64,000 nt of DNA from IMG/VR virus record IMGVR_UViG_3300042691_016420, positions 24,669 through 88,668 of that record, one strand, 5' to 3'. The DNA is from a virus. Position 1 is the stretch's first letter. The number at the start of each line of letters is the position of its first letter. Shown piece by piece: positions 49,212-55,336 of the stretch. The position numbers and the translations under genes are program-made. Under the pieces are notes generated by a model, which was not told where the DNA came from, ran no database searches, and worked only from the letters and a program-made list of their open reading frames with translations.

Positions 49212-49350
49212 TTTGTTAATGCACCATAACTCACTTCCCAAGGGTGAGCAGTTGTAATAACACTTGTATAGGGTAATGCAGGTAAAGACTTAACCATAGG
49301 GGAATATACTTCGACTATATGGTTATTACAACTGAGTGCAGAGGGGCAAA
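49212..49350 (+). ncRNA. Twister self-cleaving ribozyme, type P1 with large P5 (copy 2)
   Basis: P1 TTTGT/GCAAA; U^AA; P2 TGCA/TGCA; CC pairs with GG of loop TCCCAAGG (compensatory to GC/GC in copy 1); P4 CTCAC/GTGAG; P5 CAGTTGTAA/TTACAACTG; GA-GGG. Confidence 0.8.
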
Positions 49351-49385
49351 TTAAATGTTTAACAATAACCAATTAAGTAAACAAC

Positions 49386-49493
49386 ATGGATAAGTATAGA
49401 TCTTTAGCTGCTGATTTATTTATAACAGCAGTTGTAACACTAAGTTTATTTGTAATAGTAATGAAAATCTTAATCTTAATAGTAAAACTATGA
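49386..49493 (+). CDS. Small single-TM membrane peptide (35 aa)
   Basis: MDKYRSLAADLFITAVVTLSLFVIVMKILILIVKL with an A-rich leader. Not in the ORF track. Confidence 0.5.
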   Translation: MDKYRSLAADLFITAVVTLSLFVIVMKILILIVKL

Positions 49494-49663
49494 GTAAAGA
49501 ACAAGAGTGGTGGCTGTATAGGTCACCACTTATTAAACAACAACTGCAGGTAAAGTATTTTCCTGAGACTAATTATAATTATCTTTCACAAACGCAAATT
49601 CAAAAAATTTATGAACAAGAAAAACAGCAACAGAATATGGGGCATAAAGTCCTTAGTAATTAA
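49490..49663 (+). CDS. Small hypothetical protein (57 aa)
   Basis: MSKEQEWWLYRSPLIKQQL..., with an ATGA overlap on the previous stop. Confidence 0.5.
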   Translation: MSKEQEWWLYRSPLIKQQLQVKYFPETNYNYLSQTQIQKIYEQEKQQQNMGHKVLSN

Positions 49664-50006
49664 TGATCTTAGAATATATACTATTTGCGTTAGAGTAAAT
49701 AGTAATTCTATCACTCATAACAAAGTTATTAATGATCCATTTTGGAAGACTAGACATACCTTAGGTATGCATAATAGTACTTCTAAACTGGAATTTATGC
49801 ATACTACAACAAACTTTGATGAAGCAGTTGAGGCAATAAATAGTCTTACTAAGATACTATTTGCTCATAAGATTGCCAAATCCTTACTCTCAGAATATGC
49901 ATTACAAAATAATGTAAAGAATGAGATTGTAAGAGATGTTGTTTCTGAGATGAATAAGATACATCAAGAAGAAACAGCTTTACCTTTTAATGATTATATC
50001 TTTTAA
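49611..50006 (+). CDS. Hypothetical protein
   Basis: 131 aa ORF in the early operon. Confidence 0.55.
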   Translation: MNKKNSNRIWGIKSLVINDLRIYTICVRVNSNSITHNKVINDPFWKTRHTLGMHNSTSKLEFMHTTTNFDEAVEAINSLTKILFAHKIAKSLLSEYALQNNVKNEIVRDVVSEMNKIHQEETALPFNDYIF

Positions 50007-50011
50007 AAGTT

Positions 50012-50257
50012 ATGATGAAGGTAGTATGTATTGATGATGCTAATAGACCACCAGAAGTACCAACTTCTTGCTGGATTGTTGCAGGACAGGAATATACTGT
50101 CCTTAGAGTAGGTAGGAACAAATTGACAAATGAGGATTATTTCATTCTTCAAGAAGTTCAACCTACTCCTCCTTATGGAGGATATAAGGTAGACAGATTT
50201 GTCTTACCTCACCAAGATGCACTTGAGGCTCAGTATGAGCTACAAGCTATAAAATAA
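50012..50257 (+). CDS. Hypothetical protein (SH3/KOW-like small phage family)
   Basis: KVVCIDD...G..YTV...RF pattern common in Bacteroidota phages. Confidence 0.6.
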   Translation: MMKVVCIDDANRPPEVPTSCWIVAGQEYTVLRVGRNKLTNEDYFILQEVQPTPPYGGYKVDRFVLPHQDALEAQYELQAIK

Positions 50258-50319
50258 CTTCAATATTCTTTTTACTATTTTAAACAATTTAAATCTTTTA
50301 AAAAAACAAAACAAAAGTT

Positions 50320-50703
50320 ATGGTAAAATTTGAGTTTATCCGCGACACAGAAAGAAATCAAGAAGTAGCACAATTTAATGCTAAACTTATTTCAATGTCT
50401 TCAGGTCCAGTAGGTAACTTTCCTAGTGGTAAAGAGTATTATGCAGGTACTATTGAGTTTACCAACCACTTTGGCCAGAAAGTACAGAGAGGTTGCATTA
50501 TTAATGCAGCTAATCATGCTAAAGGTATGAGTGAAGGTAATGAGTATTTGTGTAATGCTATTATCAGAGATGGTCAAACTACACCTCTTGTAGTTTGTTC
50601 TCATCTTCCTGCTAGTGGTTCTCGTGCTACAGCTGATGACTTTGGATTTAATGTATCTACAGCAACTCCTGTAGTTAATGCTAATCCACTGGTTGTAGCA
50701 TAA
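50320..50703 (+). CDS. Highly expressed beta-rich protein, possible OB-fold/SSB
   Basis: Strong codon bias, A-rich leader, own terminator, DDFGF near the C-terminus. Function is inferred only. Confidence 0.4.
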   Translation: MVKFEFIRDTERNQEVAQFNAKLISMSSGPVGNFPSGKEYYAGTIEFTNHFGQKVQRGCIINAANHAKGMSEGNEYLCNAIIRDGQTTPLVVCSHLPASGSRATADDFGFNVSTATPVVNANPLVVA

Positions 50704-50715
50704 GTTAGAGTATAT

Positions 50716-50748
50716 AGGAGGGGAGAAATCCCCTCCTTTTTATTTTAT
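50716..50748 (+). terminator. Intrinsic terminator
   Basis: AGGAGGGGA-GAAA-TCCCCTCCT followed by TTTTATTTT. Confidence 0.85.
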
Positions 50749-50756
50749 TCTTTCCT

Positions 50757-51134
50757 ATGAAGGTTAAAGAATCTTGGGTTGCAGAACCCATTGTTAAAGA
50801 ACCTACTCTTATAGAAGGGTGGAGAGTATCTAGGTTTATTAAGGATAAACCTGCTCTTACTGTACAACCTAATGGTTGGGGATACAGTAATGTTAAACTT
50901 GAGAACTCATTTTACTATATAGATGTCTGGTACAAATTTATAGAGAATGGTATTAAGTTTTCTTATGATGAGAAGAGAGGATATAAACCTCTTAAGAAAC
51001 TTATAAAGTTTCCAACAGAATATGTTCCTACAAGTAACAAGAATGTTTTTATTCTTGAGAAAGTAGGCTCACTTAAGTACAAATTCATTAAAGCAAATAG
51101 ATTAGTTAAACTTAAAATTATTAAAACTCCATGA
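50757..51134 (+). CDS. Hypothetical protein
   Basis: 125 aa ORF with an ATGA overlap on the next gene. Confidence 0.55.
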   Translation: MKVKESWVAEPIVKEPTLIEGWRVSRFIKDKPALTVQPNGWGYSNVKLENSFYYIDVWYKFIENGIKFSYDEKRGYKPLKKLIKFPTEYVPTSNKNVFILEKVGSLKYKFIKANRLVKLKIIKTP

Positions 51135-51484
51135 AAAAGATTAAAGACAATTCTAGTACAGTAACTTTTACAGACAAAAATCTCTGGAAACACAGAGATG
51201 GTAGAATGGAAGTTATTAACACAATGACAACCAAACTCATCACAGAAGTAGTACTTCCTGAGATAGAGAAGCGTATTGTAGAAAAGAGAGCAGCAGTTGC
51301 TCTTTTTACAGAAAAGTTGCAACTTTGCAACCAAGTGCTTGTTAGTAGGGGTATCCTTACTAAACAAGAGAACATTAATTCTCAAATTATACAGGCTATT
51401 AAGAGATTTCCTATTGAAGTAATAGAACAAGCTCTTGAGGAGATGCTTGAGGAAGAGAGAATTCGTGTAAATAAGGTGCATTAA
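51131..51484 (+). CDS. Hypothetical protein
   Basis: 117 aa helical ORF. Confidence 0.55.
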   Translation: MKKIKDNSSTVTFTDKNLWKHRDGRMEVINTMTTKLITEVVLPEIEKRIVEKRAAVALFTEKLQLCNQVLVSRGILTKQENINSQIIQAIKRFPIEVIEQALEEMLEEERIRVNKVH

Positions 51485-51492
51485 GCACCTAT

Positions 51493-51518
51493 GGTTCTGT
51501 AGCTCAGCTGGATAGAGT
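51493..51518 (+). pseudogene. 5' fragment of a tRNA gene (acceptor 5' strand plus D-arm, Arg-like)
   Basis: GGTTCTG-TA-GCTC-AGCTGGATA-GAGT, then broken at the HNH gene end. No T-arm follows. Confidence 0.6.
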
Positions 51519-51525
51519 TACTTTA

Positions 51526-51891
51526 TTATTCAGAATGAACTATACGATGACAATTTGCACAAAGCAGTTGACATTTGTCTAGTTCATTCTTAATAATAGA
51601 TTTAGATTTTAATCTAAGTTTTGACCAGTCAAAATCTTTTTCATTAGGATTAAGATGATGGAATTCAAAAACAGAATAATGAGTGTTATCTAAATGTAAA
51701 TTACATCTTTCGCAAGATGAACCTTTATATTTAACAGCTTCAATTTTTCTATCTATCCATCTTTTTGAACATCTTTTATTGAAACAAGTTTTGCAGTAAC
51801 ACATCCTTCCTTGAGAATGTGTTTTTGAAGCATAGAATTCTGAAACATTTTTAGTTTCTTTGCAATCAGAGCAGGTTTTTAATGTATCCAT
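51526..51891 (-). CDS. HNH homing endonuclease (free-standing, antisense to the operon)
   Basis: CxxC zinc pairs, FEFHHLNPNEK and KCQLLCANCHRIVH. Confidence 0.85.
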   Translation of the reverse strand: MDTLKTCSDCKETKNVSEFYASKTHSQGRMCYCKTCFNKRCSKRWIDRKIEAVKYKGSSCERCNLHLDNTHYSVFEFHHLNPNEKDFDWSKLRLKSKSIIKNELDKCQLLCANCHRIVHSE

Positions 51892-51940
51892 ATTTAATTA
51901 TACGATTAACTGGATAGAATTTATAAATCTAAGCTTATAT

Positions 51941-52012
51941 GGCCTCATAGTTAAATGGATATAACACCTCTCTTCTAAAGAGGATTTCCAAGTTCGATTC
52001 TTGGTGAGGCTA
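51941..52012 (+). tRNA. tRNA-Arg (anticodon UCU)
   Basis: GGCCTCA/TGAGGCT acceptor, GTTA/TAAC D-stem, CCTCT-CT[TCT]AA-AGAGG anticodon arm, CCAAG-TTCGATT-CTTGG T-arm. CCA is not encoded. Confidence 0.92.
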
Positions 52013-52053
52013 CAGGTTAATTTGGTTAATTGTGAAACAATAGATTGATAGGA

Positions 52054-52088
52054 TATAGTGGGGTATATTATCCCACTATATTTTTTTT
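52054..52088 (+). terminator. Intrinsic terminator after the tRNA
   Basis: TATAGTGGG...CCCACTATA followed by T8. Confidence 0.75.
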
Positions 52089-52092
52089 CTCT

Positions 52093-52100
52093 TATATTTG
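52093..52100 (+). promoter_or_regulatory. Bacteroidota sigmaA -7 element for the sigma-factor gene
   Basis: TATATTTG, 4 nt before ATG 52105. Confidence 0.55.
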
Positions 52101-52104
52101 TATC

Positions 52105-52554
52105 ATGAACTTTGATTTTTACAACTATAAGAAAGATGTAAAAAGATTTGCTAAGAATAACTTTAAACTAAAAGATGAAGATCTTGATGATTTTGTAGAA
52201 GATATCCTCCTTAAAGCAACTCTTAAACAACATCTATTTGATAGCACTAAGAGTGCACCAGTAACTTGGATAAATAATATCGCAAGGAATCATTATATTG
52301 ATAAATATATTAGGAAACAACATCCAGATTATGTTGATGAGATTCCTGAGAAATTATCAGAAACTTCTAACGATAATATAGATATTAATAATTTTAAGGA
52401 ATCTCTAATGGGAACTTCCTTATACATGTTCTTCTTGCTTAAATCAGAAGACAAATCAGTGAAAGATATCTGTAATGAGCTCCAGATATCTACACAAGAT
52501 TACAATGAGCTCAATAAACAATTAAAACAAAAGTGGTATGAGTACAATGATTGA
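52105..52554 (+). CDS. ECF-like RNA polymerase sigma factor
   Basis: Region 2 pattern DLDDFVEDILLKA...FD...TWINNIARNHYID and a region-4-like HTH KSVKDICNELQIS. ATG 52105 lies downstream of the terminator and promoter. Confidence 0.75.
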   Translation: MNFDFYNYKKDVKRFAKNNFKLKDEDLDDFVEDILLKATLKQHLFDSTKSAPVTWINNIARNHYIDKYIRKQHPDYVDEIPEKLSETSNDNIDINNFKESLMGTSLYMFFLLKSEDKSVKDICNELQISTQDYNELNKQLKQKWYEYND

Positions 52555-53086
52555 GTTAATTGTAGCATTAGCTGCACTTAATTTTACCATCAATGGTATT
52601 GAGTATTACATAAAATACTCTAATTTTATTGAAAGTCCAGTAAAAGCAGCATTTAATGCATTCTCTGGAGTATGTGCAATTTTATTATTTTTCCTTCACT
52701 TAAATATTGTTCTTGATAAGTATGAGAGTAATAAACAAATTAAGATTCAAGTGGATAGTGTCGAAGTTAAAGAAATTCCTTACAAGAAACTCAAGGCTAC
52801 GTTCTATAATCCAACATCAGGCCAATGTGATGCAACACCACTTGTTACTGGAAGCGGATATAAGATTAATCTTGGAAAACTTAAGAGAAAAGAAATAAAG
52901 GTAGTAGCAGTAAGCAGAGATCTCTTAAAGCAATATCCTTATGGCTCCACTATTTATGTACATCAGCCTGTACATCTTAGAGGACACTATAAAGTAGAAG
53001 ATACTATGAATAGTAGATTCAAGAATAGGATTGATTTCTTAGTATATGACAAATTAAATGTAGATTCTGTACATATTTCTATATAA
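52538..53086 (+). CDS. Membrane-anchored 3D-domain (MltA-like) protein
   Basis: Two N-terminal hydrophobic segments, then ATFY..QCD.TP..TGSG..VAVSRD..YGS..VEDTMN.RF..RID. Confidence 0.75.
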   Translation: MSTMIELIVALAALNFTINGIEYYIKYSNFIESPVKAAFNAFSGVCAILLFFLHLNIVLDKYESNKQIKIQVDSVEVKEIPYKKLKATFYNPTSGQCDATPLVTGSGYKINLGKLKRKEIKVVAVSRDLLKQYPYGSTIYVHQPVHLRGHYKVEDTMNSRFKNRIDFLVYDKLNVDSVHISI

Positions 53087-53088
53087 TT

Positions 53089-53253
53089 ATGGGACAGTTA
53101 AAAGCAAGGGTGTTCACAAAGAATCACAGTGAACAAAAGTTTTCTTTAAGAAGATTAAGAAGAATAGCTTTGAAGAAAACTGATAACATAATAGATGCTA
53201 CAATAACATATGAAAATATGTTAGAAAATGTAAAGAAAGGATTTAAAATATGA
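53089..53253 (+). CDS. Small basic hypothetical protein (54 aa)
   Basis: MGQLKARVFTKNHSEQKFSLRRLRR..., fills the gap and has an ATGA overlap. Confidence 0.5.
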   Translation: MGQLKARVFTKNHSEQKFSLRRLRRIALKKTDNIIDATITYENMLENVKKGFKI

Positions 53254-53477
53254 CAGCACAAGAGAAAGCAGAAGAGTTATTTAATAAGTACTTTTCTGAG
53301 ATAGACATGCCTTCAGAATGTGAAGGATGTATGATGTGTGTTGGTAGATGTGGTAATATGGTAGCTATTGCAAAGAAATATTCTTTAATAGCAGTAAATG
53401 AAATATTAGGAAACATGGGCGCAGATAGAGGTTATACATTTTGGCAAGAAGTTAAACAAGAAATAGAGAAGCTATGA
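53250..53477 (+). CDS. Hypothetical protein
   Basis: MT..EKAEEL..KY...AK..ALIAV.EI...W.EVKQEIEKL, a small-protein type common in Bacteroidota phages. Confidence 0.65.
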   Translation: MTAQEKAEELFNKYFSEIDMPSECEGCMMCVGRCGNMVAIAKKYSLIAVNEILGNMGADRGYTFWQEVKQEIEKL

Positions 53478-53704
53478 ATTACTCAGAAGCAATTAAGAAA
53501 TCTTTTACTTTAAAATGGGTAACTGCACCTTGTCCAACAGGAGAAGAATGTTGGTGTAGAGTTATTAAATGTGATCCTCCTTTAATGTATAAAGAAAATG
53601 AAGATTCTGATGAGGAAGAATATTGGCCTGTTCATTCAGGAGAATTAGGTAAAGATACTGCTGAACATTTTGTTAAAGTACACAATAAACATTTAGGATT
53701 ATGA
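53474..53704 (+). CDS. Hypothetical protein
   Basis: 76 aa, Cys-rich (CPTGEECWC), coupled overlaps. Confidence 0.6.
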   Translation: MNYSEAIKKSFTLKWVTAPCPTGEECWCRVIKCDPPLMYKENEDSDEEEYWPVHSGELGKDTAEHFVKVHNKHLGL

Positions 53705-53931
53705 ATAATATACCAACAGCAGAAGAAACTTATTTGAAGTATACTCAATGTGTAATGAATCATGAAGATATTAAAGTAGCTATGATTGAATTTGCTAAAC
53801 TTCATGTTGAAGCTGCATTGAAAGAAGCATTAGAAAGCATACCTTGTCTTGGTTCAAGTAGTGATATTGCTACTTATGAAGAAGTAGAAAATGCAGTTCT
53901 AAACAGTTATCCATTAGATAAAATAATATGA
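53701..53931 (+). CDS. Hypothetical protein
   Basis: IPTAEE...AMIEFAKLHVEAALK...YPLDKI recurrent phage type. Confidence 0.65.
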   Translation: MNNIPTAEETYLKYTQCVMNHEDIKVAMIEFAKLHVEAALKEALESIPCLGSSSDIATYEEVENAVLNSYPLDKII

Positions 53932-54239
53932 AATTCTATATTACACAGGAAACAAAACAAGAGATTGAAGCTAAGATAGCTGAACTTGAAAAGGACAGGC
54001 AACATTGGCTGGATAATACTATTAAAAATATTGGGAATCCTAACTATAATAGTTTAATGGATTCTATAAATCAAGCTAAAGCTGAACAGGCAGCGTTTTT
54101 GTTAAAAGAAATCCTATCATCAGCAACAATACTTCCTGTTGAAGAAAGTTGGTATGATACAAATATATCTGCTGTTCAACCTGAACAAAAATTGGGAAAA
54201 GCATATCCAAATGGAGTTATCATTCAACCTAAACAATAA
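53928..54239 (+). CDS. Hypothetical protein
   Basis: 103 aa, coupled overlap. Confidence 0.6.
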   Translation: MKFYITQETKQEIEAKIAELEKDRQHWLDNTIKNIGNPNYNSLMDSINQAKAEQAAFLLKEILSSATILPVEESWYDTNISAVQPEQKLGKAYPNGVIIQPKQ

Positions 54240-54245
54240 GTAATT

Positions 54246-54428
54246 ATGAGTTTAGACTATCTAGAAAAATTCATTAAAGAACAAAAAGAAAAATATCCTT
54301 CTCTTAAGAATGATATTATGGAATTATATTACCTATGTCTATCTGAGATAGATGAAGGTGGATCTGAGAGCAATGAGGTAGATCATTGTATAGCTAGTAT
54401 TGAGGAATTAATAGAGGATAATTCTTGA
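54246..54428 (+). CDS. Hypothetical acidic protein
   Basis: 60 aa, ...LCLSEIDEGGSE..E. Confidence 0.6.
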   Translation: MSLDYLEKFIKEQKEKYPSLKNDIMELYYLCLSEIDEGGSESNEVDHCIASIEELIEDNS

Positions 54429-54477
54429 TTCCCGACATATTTTAAGGTTTCCCGACAATAAATAGGGATTCCCGACA
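54429..54477 (+). repeat. Three TTCCCGACA direct repeats with exact 20-bp period
   Basis: Copies at 54429, 54449 and 54469 with dissimilar AT-rich spacers. Confidence 0.85.
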
Positions 54478-54533
54478 AAAACACTGCACAGAATTACGGC
54501 AATTATAAACTTTTGTAGTAGTTTTGTGCACAT

Positions 54534-54639
54534 AGTCAGGTGGCGGAATTGGTAGACGCTATCTAAAAGATTATATGAAAGGGTGATATAAGAATGAAAT
54601 GAATAAACCTATTTACAGGTTCGAATCCTGTCCTGACTA
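54534..54639 (+). ncRNA. tRNA-like element 1 (Leu-like D-arm, no valid anticodon arm)
   Basis: AGTCAGG/CCTGACT acceptor, TGGCGGAATTGGTAGACGC D-arm, ACAGG-TTCGAAT-CCTGT T-arm, and a ~55-nt A-rich middle. Confidence 0.7.
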
Positions 54640-54855
54640 CTATGAGTAAGAGGTACTCAGAGTCTTTAATCCAAGACTTAAACAATGGATAGGGTATTGG
54701 ACTGGACATCCTTAAACGCCAGTCTCTTGGGACTAAAGGATACCAACACAAATCCTCCCAGTAGTGTTGGCTGTTTTCAAGGGGGATGCCCCGCAGGTTT
54801 TTAAGAAATAGAAAACCGAATTAACTACTCACAAGTAATCTCATTGTGGGGAAAT

Positions 54856-54946
54856 AGTCAGGTGGTGTATATAAGTAACACCCTTCATTGTAAGGATAGT
54901 AATATCTGGAAGGAAGAAGTAAGTGCAATTCTTACCCTGACTACCA
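54856..54946 (+). ncRNA. tRNA-like element 2 (expanded anticodon loop, encoded CCA)
   Basis: AGTCAGG/CCTGACT-ACCA, GTGT/ACAC D-stem, CCTTC/GAAGG closing a 22-nt loop, GTAAG-TGCAATT-CTTAC T-arm. Confidence 0.6.
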
Positions 54947-55070
54947 GTGTTGTTCCCTTGAGAAAGGAATACTGAACAGAAACTATGTATGAAACTGATT
55001 ACAATAAAAGTAATGGCTTAGAAATAAGTTGGTAAAACAGTACAGACAACACAGAGGACTTCTTATCCTC
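54947..55070 (+). ncRNA. Putative structured RNA with kissing loops
   Basis: GTGTTGT/ACAACAC closing stem with internal hairpins. Loop TGAGAA is complementary to loop TTCTTA of the 3' GAGGA/TCCTC hairpin. Confidence 0.45.
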
Positions 55071-55071
55071 A

Positions 55072-55157
55072 ATTTATCGGTTTCATCTCTAAAGATAGTA
55101 TCTTTGGACCAACAACCTTATACTTGTGAAAACCGAGAGTTTAGTGGGTTGTTTATA
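55072..55157 (+). ncRNA. 86-nt pseudoknotted repeat, copy 1
   Basis: Near-identical to 55235-55320, with differences concentrated at compensatory stem positions. Confidence 0.65.
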
Positions 55158-55238
55158 GTCAAGTAATGCGTAATGTGAAAGGGGCCCATCACATCCTATA
55201 AGGTTGCATAGTCATGAGTTCGAATCTCATCTTGATTT
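55157..55238 (+). ncRNA. tRNA-like element 3 (acceptor plus T-arm, no D-arm)
   Basis: AGTCAAG/CTTGATT acceptor, ATGAG-TTCGAAT-CTCAT T-arm, branched middle (ATGC/GCAT, ATGTGA/TCACAT, CCT/AGG). Confidence 0.6.
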
Positions 55239-55320
55239 ATCGGTTTCATCTCTTAGAGTAGTCCTCTTAGACCAATAACCCTATGCTTGTGAAAACCGAG
55301 AGCTTAGTGGGTTATTTATA
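55235..55320 (+). ncRNA. 86-nt pseudoknotted repeat, copy 2
   Basis: Second copy of 55072-55157. Confidence 0.65.
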
Positions 55321-55336
55321 AACGTAAAATTAGAAT

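Noticed and set aside
48434-49372. ORF-track calls 48434-48625 and 49175-49372 (and 54563-54751)
   Set aside because: They overlap structured RNA elements, mostly have TTG starts and show no protein-like features, so they are better explained as non-coding.
51919-51940. Remnant amber-suppressor anticodon arm (TATAA-ATCTAAGC-TTATA)
   Set aside because: AT-only stem, 8-nt loop and no T-arm. It cannot be distinguished from chance.
54429-54477. Mini-CRISPR array
   Set aside because: 9-bp repeats with 11-bp spacers are far too short, and no cas genes are present.
55072-55320. Theta/HDV-like ribozyme call for the 86-nt repeats
   Set aside because: Topology is similar, but no P3/L3 of the right size or P1.1 is evident, and the putative catalytic C is T in copy 1 where it covaries as a stem position.
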